DNA from: Promethearchaeota archaeon
GTDB lineage: Archaea > Asgardarchaeota > Lokiarchaeia > Sigyniarchaeales > SOKP01
Assembly: GCA_048938005.1 (NCBI GenBank)
Contig: JBHLMQ010000002.1
Coordinates: 96,001 to 160,000 of the forward strand
Length of the DNA: 64,000 bases
Reading direction: 5' to 3'
Shown here: positions 21,397 through 30,728 of the stretch, piece after piece
Layout: each line of letters begins with the position of its first letter
Numbering within the stretch: the first letter of the stretch is position 1
Position numbers and translations under genes: made by a program
The notes under the pieces: model-generated
The model's input: the letters and a program-made list of their open reading frames with translations, nothing else
What the model was told of the DNA's origin: nothing
Database searches by the model: none

Positions 21397-22092
21397 GTGG
21401 TCTCAAAAGAACAGAAGAAAATTGAACGAGTTATAAACTTTATGAAAAAGGGTTTAAATTCTCTTGCTGATGATCTGGAAGAAACAGTTAAGGGAATTAA
21501 TGATTTTATCAAATCTTTAGCAAAGGCTCAGAAGGATTTGAAGGAAGTTTCTGTTGGTGAAGAAGTTTTAACCGTTAGTACTTCCTCTAAAAAAATTGTT
21601 GCAGCAACTGATGGTCAAGCTAAAACAGCTGCTGCTAGTACATTATTTAGTTTATTAAGTACTAGCGGAGGTGCTGGAGCTCCAGTACCTGCAGCTGCTC
21701 CTGCAACAACACTCCCAGCAGCACCCGCACCCCCAGGTGCTGGGCCTCCATCTGCGCCAAAACCCCCTAGCGCAGGACCACCTACAAAAGCTGGGCCACC
21801 AACTGCACCACCAAGTAGTGTTGGGCCTCCAAGAAAGCCTGGTTTACCACCAGCTCCAAAATTACCTCCAACAGGCGGTGCACCCCCTGTAGCACCAAGT
21901 GCAAGCCCCCCAAAAGCCCCTAGTGGACCAACAAGCGCGAGTCCCCCAAGTGCCCCAGCATTTGCAAAAAGACCACCTGCACCAGCGGCAGCACCAACAA
22001 CAGCGGTTAAAGTAGGAGGAGGGTTGGGATCTCTTCGAGACGAAATGTTAGACGAATTAAATCGTCTAAAGAAAATTATGAGAGGCGAATAA
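21397..22092 (+). CDS. Coiled-coil / proline-rich protein with C-terminal WH2- or VASP-like helix
   Basis: N-terminal amphipathic helix (res ~5-50), Pro/Ala-rich middle, C-terminal GGGLGSLRDEMLDELNRLKKIMRGE; GAGG upstream of GTG. Confidence 0.8.
   Translation: MVSKEQKKIERVINFMKKGLNSLADDLEETVKGINDFIKSLAKAQKDLKEVSVGEEVLTVSTSSKKIVAATDGQAKTAAASTLFSLLSTSGGAGAPVPAAAPATTLPAAPAPPGAGPPSAPKPPSAGPPTKAGPPTAPPSSVGPPRKPGLPPAPKLPPTGGAPPVAPSASPPKAPSGPTSASPPSAPAFAKRPPAPAAAPTTAVKVGGGLGSLRDEMLDELNRLKKIMRGE
21680..22005 (+). repeat. Low-complexity Pro/Ala region with AGPP-type quasi-repeats
   Basis: GAGPPSAPKPPSAGPPTKAGPPTAPPSSVGPPRKP; local GC spike. Confidence 0.8.
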
Positions 22093-22370
22093 CGGCCCCT
22101 AAGATTTTTAATCTTCATTTTTCCTTAAAATCTTATTTCTATTATTTAGATATAGAGAGGATAAAAGATATAGAGATATTACGCGCAAATGTGATAATAT
22201 TATCTTAAAAAGACTTCGATTTCTACTTTTTTTGTATTAAGTGAATTTATTATCCATTAAAGATTCTATTAGCATAGAAGTAGGAAGGTTTTTTTAGTAA
22301 ATAAAATAATATATTAGATAGTGTCATTTTGGGTAGTTATCTTATTAATTAATTTGAAGTATAATAAAGT

Positions 22371-23492
22371 ATGGGAAATTTAACAGTTGTACTAGATATT
22401 GGTCAATTTAGTACCAAAATTGGATTCGCAGGAGAGGATAGTCCCTCACAAGTCTTTCTAACGATGGTTGGAAAACCAAAATATCAAAGTGTGGGTGCCA
22501 ATTATGAATCTAAGGCTTCTCGTGAAAATGAAATATATGTAGGTGACGAAATTCAATCTATTGGATTATATAAAATTTTTCATCCTATCGAAAAAGGAAT
22601 TGTTATTGATTGGAATCATTTTGAGAATATTATTGATTACATTTTCTATAATCTAAGAGTAGATCCTACACTTGTTAATATCTTATTTGCTGTGCATCCA
22701 TTATTTCCATATAAAGATTTAGAAAAAATATTTGAACTTTTTTTAGAAAAATATATGTGCATGAGTTTTTATCCTGTACTAGATTCCATGTTAACTTTAT
22801 ACTCAGGCGGTTTCCAAACGGGATTAATTATAGAAATTGGAGATAGTAATACAAGAATAGTTCCGATTTATGAAGGATATAAATTAGAACATGCAGTAAG
22901 GATTTTGGATATTGGTGGAAGAGTGTTAACTCGTCATATGGAACAGACTCTAGAATCTATTGGATGGTCTGTTGATTCTTCAATACGAAGAGAGTTGGTA
23001 AGGGTTTTAAAAGAAAAATCATGTTTTGTCTCATTAGATTATAATGAAGATCTAAAGCGAAGTGAACAATATGAGAAGGAATATTCTTTACCTGATGGTT
23101 CTACAATCTCACTTAATAAAGAAAGATTTATTGTACCGGAATTATTGTTTAAGCCATCATCAGAATTAGAAGAAGATGCATTACATGTAGCTATTATGGA
23201 TGTAATTGAAGCGTGTGATTTAGACATTCGTCCGGAATTGTTGAATAACATCTTTTTATCGGGTGGGTCCAGTATGTTTCCAAATTTAAAATCTCGCATT
23301 TATCAAGAATTAGAATTGGAATTAGCACGAAGAAAGAAAAAAGATCAAGTGATCAGAATAATAGCACCGATGGAAAGAACCTTTTCTGTATGGATTGGTG
23401 GATCAATCTTAGCGATGATCCCGGAATTTTCCCAAAATTGGATTACTCGCGCTAAGTATTTTAATGAAGGGATACCACCTAATTTACTATGA
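22371..23492 (+). CDS. Actin-family (actin-related) protein
   Basis: DIGQFSTKIGFAGEDSP, YVGDE, PIEKG, VPIYEGY, KEKSCFV, YSLPDG, ERFIVPELLF, LSGGSSMFP, SVWIGGSILA. Confidence 0.95.
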   Translation: MGNLTVVLDIGQFSTKIGFAGEDSPSQVFLTMVGKPKYQSVGANYESKASRENEIYVGDEIQSIGLYKIFHPIEKGIVIDWNHFENIIDYIFYNLRVDPTLVNILFAVHPLFPYKDLEKIFELFLEKYMCMSFYPVLDSMLTLYSGGFQTGLIIEIGDSNTRIVPIYEGYKLEHAVRILDIGGRVLTRHMEQTLESIGWSVDSSIRRELVRVLKEKSCFVSLDYNEDLKRSEQYEKEYSLPDGSTISLNKERFIVPELLFKPSSELEEDALHVAIMDVIEACDLDIRPELLNNIFLSGGSSMFPNLKSRIYQELELELARRKKKDQVIRIIAPMERTFSVWIGGSILAMIPEFSQNWITRAKYFNEGIPPNLL

Positions 23493-23611
23493 TATATCCT
23501 ATCTTAATTTTTTAGAATATCCAGATAATATTAAGATAATATAATTTGTTAAATAAGAATTCTCAATATTAATTCATATTATAACCACTCCTTTTAAAGG
23601 TAAATTAGAAA

Positions 23612-23950
23612 ATGGAAAATTTTGGTGAAGATAGGTTTTATAAACCGAGCTATTCACTTTTATTTAACAAAATTAAAGATATCAAAACCCCAATAAAAAA
23701 TGAAATATTAATCGCTCTTCTTGATGGGCAATGGCATTCTGAATTGGAATTAATAAGAGTTACTAAAAAACAACATGTATTTGTCGGAGCTGTAACTTTA
23801 GGGACAATGATTCACGTATTAAATCATACTATTAAAAATAATTATCTTCAAAAAAAGATTGTAAATGGTAAAATGTATTATAAGTTGAACGATAATTATG
23901 TTGGATTAACAAGAGCAGCATATAGATTCGATGCAAACGATTTTCTTTAA
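23612..23950 (+). CDS. Putative winged-helix protein
   Basis: KNEILIALLDGQWHSELELIR..helix..NGKMYYKL wing. Confidence 0.55.
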   Translation: MENFGEDRFYKPSYSLLFNKIKDIKTPIKNEILIALLDGQWHSELELIRVTKKQHVFVGAVTLGTMIHVLNHTIKNNYLQKKIVNGKMYYKLNDNYVGLTRAAYRFDANDFL

Positions 23951-23967
23951 TAATATTAAATAGCGTT

Positions 23968-26097
23968 TCATTTTTTTATGCATTGATCTTTATAAATTTT
24001 ATATTCTTCGCAATTTGAACAAAATTTGGAACGATTCTCATTCCAGCATTTAGGACATAAATAATAAGTAAATGATTTATTACTTTTTTTAAGACTAACT
24101 TTAAAAATATTAAAATTACAAATAGAACAGGTAGAATTTAATAATTCTAATTTTCCATTCTTAGGTAAAGACAAAAATTTATTACAGTTTTTATCAGAAC
24201 AAACTAAGAATCTTTTATTTTTAATATTAATGAATTTCATTTGATTTTTATTACAAAATGGACAATTTGAAGATGTGAGTGGGATTGTATAATCAATCTT
24301 ATAATTATCAACTTTAGAAACTAATGTGTGTTTATTTATTAGGAACTTATCAAATAGTTGTAAAAATTCTTTTCTTGTCTCATCTACAACATCCTTCATA
24401 TTTTTTTTCTCATTTTTAATTTCTTCAAGTTTTATTTCCACCCTTTTAGTAAAGTCTGGTTTTAAAAATGGTAACCATATTTCAATTAAATTTTCAATAA
24501 TAAATTTACCTAGATCCGTTATAATATAATGAAATTTTATTCTTTCTGTTAATTCACGAGTTTTTAATAATTTTATTATTATTGGTCGAGTTGCTTTAGT
24601 GCCTAGGTGATTTCTTTCCATTAGTTTTAGCAATGTTGGATCAGTATACCTAGGAGGGGGTTTTGTTTCTTTTTGGATAAATAATATCTCCTTTATTGGG
24701 ATTTTATCACCAATGATTTGGATTTCTTCATCGTATTTCGGTTTAAGAAAAGGGGCAATTTCTAAAAATCCTGGAGAGATTAGTGATACAACTTGAGCAA
24801 TAAATGGCTCCTCTTTAATTAGGATTTTTAAGAACTGTTTTGATTCCAAAGCTTCTTCTCCAAAAAGCGCAAGATAATGACGAGCAAGAAGATCATAGAC
24901 TCTTTTTTGTAAATTGTTTTCGAATCTTGAACTATTTAGCTCTAAACTTTCAAGAGGAGTGATAGGGGGGTGGTCTCCCATATCTCTCTTTCCTTTGGTA
25001 GGCTTTATTCTCTTATTTTTTAATAAATCTATAGTATAGTTCTTAAACTGAGTATGTAAAGTAAATTTTTGTAAAATTTCACGATGATTAAAATCTGATT
25101 TATAAACATCACTATCAGTTCTAGGGTAAGAAATTATTTTATTCAAATACAAAGCATTCATGGTGCGCATTGCCACATTTGCTGAAATTCTTAAATTTTT
25201 TGTTAACAGAACTAAAGCTTTTGATGTATTCAATGGAGTTGGTGGAGACCTTTTAATTACATCTTTGGAATTATCAATAATCCTTGCTATTTTTTCATTT
25301 TTAATTTTTTGAAAAATTTGTCTTGCTTCTACTTCTTGTTGTTTTTTGAAAGGATTAAGTTGATGATGCGCTCTAAAAACACCACTTTCGTGAAATAAAT
25401 CAGCATCAATTAGAAAATAAGGTTCTGGAATAAAATTTAAAATCTCTTGTTCTCTAAGATATATTAAATATAAAAGACAGGTCTGGACGCGACCAATTGA
25501 AGTAAACCTTACTCTAAATTTATTTAATAATGGGCGTAGAGTATTTGTTAGTTCTCTAGTAGCTGAAAATCCAATAAATGCATCAATAATTGATCTTGCT
25601 TCTCCTGATTCACCCCAACTATATTTAGGTATTATTAGATTATTAAATTTATTTATTATTTCATTTTTTTGAAGGGAACTAAGCCATAATTGCGATATTT
25701 GTATATTTGGATTTGCTTGTCTTACAAATGGAAGTGCATCAAATAATCCAATATTACACCCTTCAATATCAGCATCAGTTCCTATGATACAATGATCACA
25801 CTTTTTCGCATATTCTTTAACTGCTTTAATATATTGTCCCAAACCACTGATTTGGAATTTCTTAATGGATTTCGGATTTGTTATTATTTCTCGCGGAGGA
25901 GGGTTTGCCCAACTTTTAAAAGCATCAGTATTTCTATATTCGAGGAGATGGCCACGTAAAGGAATTACAAAGATATTTTTTGAATTAATCCAATATATAT
26001 TTAATGATTTTGTTTTTTTAATTGTTTTGACTTGCCCTAATGCATTTGCTATAGCTTCTGCGGCCTTGTTTTTTTCAGTAATAATTAATGTTGCCAT
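23968..26097 (-). CDS. topA: Type IA DNA topoisomerase (topo III-like) with C-terminal Zn fingers
   Basis: TOPRIM ITEK/DADIEG, GRVQT, catalytic SYPRTDS, DHPPITP, GTKATR. Confidence 0.93.
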   Translation of the reverse strand: MATLIITEKNKAAEAIANALGQVKTIKKTKSLNIYWINSKNIFVIPLRGHLLEYRNTDAFKSWANPPPREIITNPKSIKKFQISGLGQYIKAVKEYAKKCDHCIIGTDADIEGCNIGLFDALPFVRQANPNIQISQLWLSSLQKNEIINKFNNLIIPKYSWGESGEARSIIDAFIGFSATRELTNTLRPLLNKFRVRFTSIGRVQTCLLYLIYLREQEILNFIPEPYFLIDADLFHESGVFRAHHQLNPFKKQQEVEARQIFQKIKNEKIARIIDNSKDVIKRSPPTPLNTSKALVLLTKNLRISANVAMRTMNALYLNKIISYPRTDSDVYKSDFNHREILQKFTLHTQFKNYTIDLLKNKRIKPTKGKRDMGDHPPITPLESLELNSSRFENNLQKRVYDLLARHYLALFGEEALESKQFLKILIKEEPFIAQVVSLISPGFLEIAPFLKPKYDEEIQIIGDKIPIKEILFIQKETKPPPRYTDPTLLKLMERNHLGTKATRPIIIKLLKTRELTERIKFHYIITDLGKFIIENLIEIWLPFLKPDFTKRVEIKLEEIKNEKKNMKDVVDETRKEFLQLFDKFLINKHTLVSKVDNYKIDYTIPLTSSNCPFCNKNQMKFINIKNKRFLVCSDKNCNKFLSLPKNGKLELLNSTCSICNFNIFKVSLKKSNKSFTYYLCPKCWNENRSKFCSNCEEYKIYKDQCIKK

Positions 26098-26288
26098 TTG
26101 ACTTTTTGAACTTAGAAAAGAATACTTTAATTTAATCTCTGAAAAAGCAATAATATTTCATAACAGATAAATAAATTTCTGGTTATTATTAAAGAAAAAT
26201 TAACTACTATAGAATTTTAATTATTATATTACAATTTAAGGTTTTGATAGTTTTTAGAAAACTGAAATTAAAAATATTATATAATAAC

Positions 26289-29200
26289 TTAAATTGGTAA
26301 TGTAAAGGTAAATGTTGAGCCTTTATTTTGCCCTTCCGAACTTGCCCAAATTTTACCTCCATGAGCATTAACAATTCCTTTAGTAATATACAAACCTAAA
26401 CCAGTCCCTGCATCCTTAATATTAAGATCTTCATTTAGATTTGATGGCATAATTCTTTCAAATTTTTTAAATAACCTTTCAATTTCATCTTTGGCTAACC
26501 CAATTCCATTATCTTTTATTTCAAAGACATATTCATTATCCTCTTTTTTTGCAGAAATCTCTATCCATCTATAGTCAGGAGAAAATTTAATCGCATTTGA
26601 AATCAAGTTAGTAAAAACCGCAAAAATACGCGTAGGATCTACATTCAACATGATTTCATGTTCAATATTTAAAATTATCTCAAGATTCTTTTCATTGATT
26701 AAATAACTCAACTCATCAAGACAATCATTGATAATTTTGGTGACATTTATTAATTCCTTCTGCAATTTTAATTCCTCTTCATCAATTTTCAAGACATCTA
26801 AAAGCTGATCCATTAAAACTTCTAATCTTTTAATATTTCTCTGGATGGTTATTAAATCCTGTGTAACTTCAAGATTTAATTGGTTCCTATATTTCATAAG
26901 GATATAATCTGTGTATCCTGAAATTGAAATTAATGGTGTTTTTAATTCATGTGCTGCCATTGTTATAAAATCATTTTTGACTTTGTCAAGTTTTTTCAAT
27001 TCAATATTCTGTTCTCTTAATTTCTTCTCAGACTCTAATAATTCTTGTTCTAATCTGAATTTTTCTGTAATATCAGAAAAAGTTCCTTCAATTACCATAG
27101 GATTATTATTATCATCTCTTATAAGATGCGCATTTACTTGTACAACAATATTCTCTCCATTTTTCTTTTTTAAAGGTACGATGTAATTGCGAATTACTCC
27201 GTTTTTTTCTAATTGTCTTCTATATTTTTCATGATCCTTCGGTTTTTGCCAAGAGAATGGAGGCGGTTGTCCAATTAGATTTTCACGGAGATCATATCCC
27301 GCTATTTTACAAAATGCTGGATTATGATATAATAGATTTCCTTCCCATTGTGCCATATAGTATCCTTCATCCAAATTGGTTATCATATTTCTGAAGTTTT
27401 CCTCAGATTCTATAAGTTGATTTTCCATTTTCTTGTTTTCAGTGATATCCCGTATAATCGTTATTACTTGGCTTACTTTATTCTCGCTAAAGATTGGAAT
27501 TTTCCGAGTTTCAGTAAAAATTTCGATATAATTTAAAGTAATACTCCCTTCAGTAAGAAGGGTCTCCCCGCTATTAAAAACATGTTCGTACTCGTCCCGA
27601 ACTTTATCAGGTAAAAATGGAAATGCTTCAAAAACATTCTGACCAACAAGTTCTTTATCAATATCTAAATTCATGAGCCAAGAGCTAAAGGCAGAGTTGG
27701 ATAAAATAATATTTAAATCTCTATCGACAACATGTAGAGGATCACTTAATGAATTAATTGTAGTACGATATTGCTGTTCAGATTCTATTAGATCTTTTGT
27801 CCGCTCTAGTACCTTCTGCTCTAATTCTCTATTTAATTTTTTTAATTCTTCTTGCGATTTCTTTAATTCTTGATCAGCAATTTTTTTCTCTGTAACATCT
27901 TGTATTATTACCTGAAAAAAAGTTTCATCACCAATTTCAACTAGAGAATCATTTATACCTATCCACATTAATTTTCCATCTTTCGATCTAGAAATTTGAA
28001 CCTCAAGTGGTTCTGGGACTATACCTTTTAAGACAATTTGGTATCTTTCTTTAAAAAGAGGTAAAACCTTTTCAGGTTTTATGCCTATATCTAAGAAATT
28101 TTGGTTGATTATTTCCTCAATTTTCCTATTAAAGAATTTTTCAGTAGCAGGATTACAATCTATTATTTTTCCTTTTCTATCAACTAAAATAATTGAATAT
28201 GGGGAACTTTCGAATAAATGACGATATTTTGTTTCTGATTCTTTTATCTTCTGCTCAGCATTTTTCTTTTCAGTAATATCCTGAATTATAGCCTGAGTAA
28301 GGGTTTTATCTCCAATTTTAACCAAGGAACTATGGATAGACAACCAAATTTTTGTCCCATTAACTCTTGTGAGTTGAAATTCTAAGGGTCCTAATCTCTC
28401 ACCTTTTAAAAATCGCTTAAATCGATCTTTCAATATATTTATGAGATATTCAGATCTTTTGAGAACTGATAAAACTTCTGAAAATTTTTTTCCAATTAGA
28501 TCTTTAATTTCTAAAACAGAGAGTAAATCACTCATAATTGAATTACAATCAATTATAATTCCTTCTTCATCCATAAGCCATATACTATATGGTGAACTCT
28601 CAAATAAATGACGATACTTAATTTCAGATTCCTTTATTTTTTCTTCGAGAGAGAATTTTTCAGTAATATTTCGTGCTAAACCACTAAATCCAATTTTTTT
28701 TCCATCTAAATCGTATCTTAAATATACCGAAGATTCACATGTTACTAAATCTCCACTTTTATTTCGAAATTGGTATTGGAAATCTGACTCTGGTTGCTCT
28801 GTTTCATATACAATTCGATATACTTCAAAAATCTTATTTTTATTTTCTTCATCTACAAAAGTCTGAAAGTTCATTCCTAACAATTCATTTCTTGGAGTTC
28901 CTTGAAGTTCACATAGGGCATCATTAAAAAAGGTGAAATTTCCATTCAGATCAACTTCAAAGTAACTTTCTTTAATATTTTCAAGTATTCCCCGATATTT
29001 TTCTTCAGATTCTTTTAATTTTTGTTCTGCAATTTTACGCATTGTAATATCTTCATAGGTAACGAGTATCCCCATTACTTTCCCCCTTGAATCATGTAAT
29101 GGAATTCTGTTAATCTCAAAACAAGTCTGCTCACCTTTTGAAGTAATTAATGATTCGATAACATTATATTCGGGAGTATCATTTTTCATAATTTCAGCTT

Positions 29201-29861
29201 CCCTATCTTGAATTATTTTGCCAGGATCCTTAAGCCAAATTAGATCTTTATCAGTTCTTCCAATAATATTCGTAGGCTCTTTTATTCTATTTAAAAGAGC
29301 AAAATTCTTATTGCATCCCATATAGACCAAGTTTCTATCTTTCCAATAGATGAGTTGAGGTATATTATCCAGTATTAATTCCAACATTTCTCTTGTTTTC
29401 TGCACAAAAGTTTTTCCTTCTCTTGTTTGAAGAAGTTTCCAAAATTGTATCTCTGGTAAAGAATCTGCTAATTCATCGAAGCGAGCGTGACTTTTATTTA
29501 AATCAAATTCAAATTTTTTAAACTTGGTAATATCCCTACAGATTAAGAACACTTTTTTAGCATTATCTTCATAATCTATGAAACTTTTTCCCTTAATTTC
29601 AAACCATCTAAATGGATTATTATCATATTTGATTTGAGCTTCTCCCATTCCATGACCAAATTTGAATATATCTTTTATTAATGTTATTACTCGTTTGAGA
29701 TCCTCTAGACGAATAAAATCATCAATTTTTTTCTTTTCGGTAAAAGCTTGAAAATTAGTATATTCACATCGGTTCTTATCATTTAGGATAAATATAAGAT
29801 CATCAATATTTTCAGAGAAAATCTGACCAATTTTACTGTGACTTTTAAACGTGCTTGTCAT
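26289..29861 (-). CDS. Multi-PAS sensor histidine kinase
   Basis: About 7 PAS/PAC units; AHELKTPL H-box, NLISNAIKF, DNGIG, GTGLGL. Confidence 0.93.
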   Translation of the reverse strand: MTSTFKSHSKIGQIFSENIDDLIFILNDKNRCEYTNFQAFTEKKKIDDFIRLEDLKRVITLIKDIFKFGHGMGEAQIKYDNNPFRWFEIKGKSFIDYEDNAKKVFLICRDITKFKKFEFDLNKSHARFDELADSLPEIQFWKLLQTREGKTFVQKTREMLELILDNIPQLIYWKDRNLVYMGCNKNFALLNRIKEPTNIIGRTDKDLIWLKDPGKIIQDREAEIMKNDTPEYNVIESLITSKGEQTCFEINRIPLHDSRGKVMGILVTYEDITMRKIAEQKLKESEEKYRGILENIKESYFEVDLNGNFTFFNDALCELQGTPRNELLGMNFQTFVDEENKNKIFEVYRIVYETEQPESDFQYQFRNKSGDLVTCESSVYLRYDLDGKKIGFSGLARNITEKFSLEEKIKESEIKYRHLFESSPYSIWLMDEEGIIIDCNSIMSDLLSVLEIKDLIGKKFSEVLSVLKRSEYLINILKDRFKRFLKGERLGPLEFQLTRVNGTKIWLSIHSSLVKIGDKTLTQAIIQDITEKKNAEQKIKESETKYRHLFESSPYSIILVDRKGKIIDCNPATEKFFNRKIEEIINQNFLDIGIKPEKVLPLFKERYQIVLKGIVPEPLEVQISRSKDGKLMWIGINDSLVEIGDETFFQVIIQDVTEKKIADQELKKSQEELKKLNRELEQKVLERTKDLIESEQQYRTTINSLSDPLHVVDRDLNIILSNSAFSSWLMNLDIDKELVGQNVFEAFPFLPDKVRDEYEHVFNSGETLLTEGSITLNYIEIFTETRKIPIFSENKVSQVITIIRDITENKKMENQLIESEENFRNMITNLDEGYYMAQWEGNLLYHNPAFCKIAGYDLRENLIGQPPPFSWQKPKDHEKYRRQLEKNGVIRNYIVPLKKKNGENIVVQVNAHLIRDDNNNPMVIEGTFSDITEKFRLEQELLESEKKLREQNIELKKLDKVKNDFITMAAHELKTPLISISGYTDYILMKYRNQLNLEVTQDLITIQRNIKRLEVLMDQLLDVLKIDEEELKLQKELINVTKIINDCLDELSYLINEKNLEIILNIEHEIMLNVDPTRIFAVFTNLISNAIKFSPDYRWIEISAKKEDNEYVFEIKDNGIGLAKDEIERLFKKFERIMPSNLNEDLNIKDAGTGLGLYITKGIVNAHGGKIWASSEGQNKGSTFTFTLPI

Positions 29862-30148
29862 CTTTAATGATTACCCCATTTAACTTTTTAGGATTTAAAT
29901 CATACAATAGTAAAAGAGAAAATTAACATTTTCCTATTATAAAAATTGGAAAAGTAAAATATAATTTTTATCTATTTAGAATTTTTGGTGATATTATATA
30001 TAAGCTACTCTAAGAAAAATTATCTCTCTATGGATTAATTTCTAATATTTTACTATAGAAAGAATTTAGCATTCTTAAATAACTATTTAGTAAATTCATG
30101 TTATTTATAAGAAGAACCTAAAGAATAAGTTAATGAATTATTATTATT

Positions 30149-30631
30149 TTAATCCTTAATTTTAAATATTTCTTGGACTGATTTATTTCTCTCTCTTTCA
30201 ATTATCTCCTTCCAATTTGGTTCTATTATATTGAAAGCTTTTAGTGTCAATTCTTTTATATCATCATCAGAAGAATCTAATAAAGGGCCAAGATATGCTA
30301 AAGCTCTTCTATCTTTAATTCTTGTCAAACTTTCAATTATATATATTATTCTGTATTTATCTGGATTGTATTTCTCTTGTTCCTCTTTAAGGAATTCTAT
30401 AATTCTTAATGTTGCTCTCCCGTCTCTAATTCTTCCTAAAGCCTCTATTATTTTATTGATTACCATATGATCTTTTTCAGATCTGAGAGCTCTACAAAGT
30501 AAATTTGTTGCTCTTCCATCTTTCAATAATCCAAGTTGTCGGGCAGCTTCAGCTCTTTTCTGCCATTCATCATCATGAAAGAGTTGTCTTATTAAGGTGT
30601 TAAATTCTCTATTCTTTTCATGCCAATTCAT
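30149..30631 (-). CDS. HEAT-repeat (PBS-lyase-like) protein
   Basis: RAEAARQLG..DGRAT, IIEALGRIRDGRAT repeats. Confidence 0.82.
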   Translation of the reverse strand: MNWHEKNREFNTLIRQLFHDDEWQKRAEAARQLGLLKDGRATNLLCRALRSEKDHMVINKIIEALGRIRDGRATLRIIEFLKEEQEKYNPDKYRIIYIIESLTRIKDRRALAYLGPLLDSSDDDIKELTLKAFNIIEPNWKEIIERERNKSVQEIFKIKD

Positions 30632-30728
30632 AATTTAAGAATAAAATTATAATAATTATTTTATAATTTGATGATTATAGAATATAAAACTCTAATAAAT
30701 AGATAATTAACTCAATAAAAAGTAATTT

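Noticed and set aside
21615-22118. 167-aa Gly/Ala-rich antisense ORF and 73-aa Gln/His-rich alternate-frame ORF
   Set aside because: Shadows of the Pro-rich (CCN) codons of the real + strand gene
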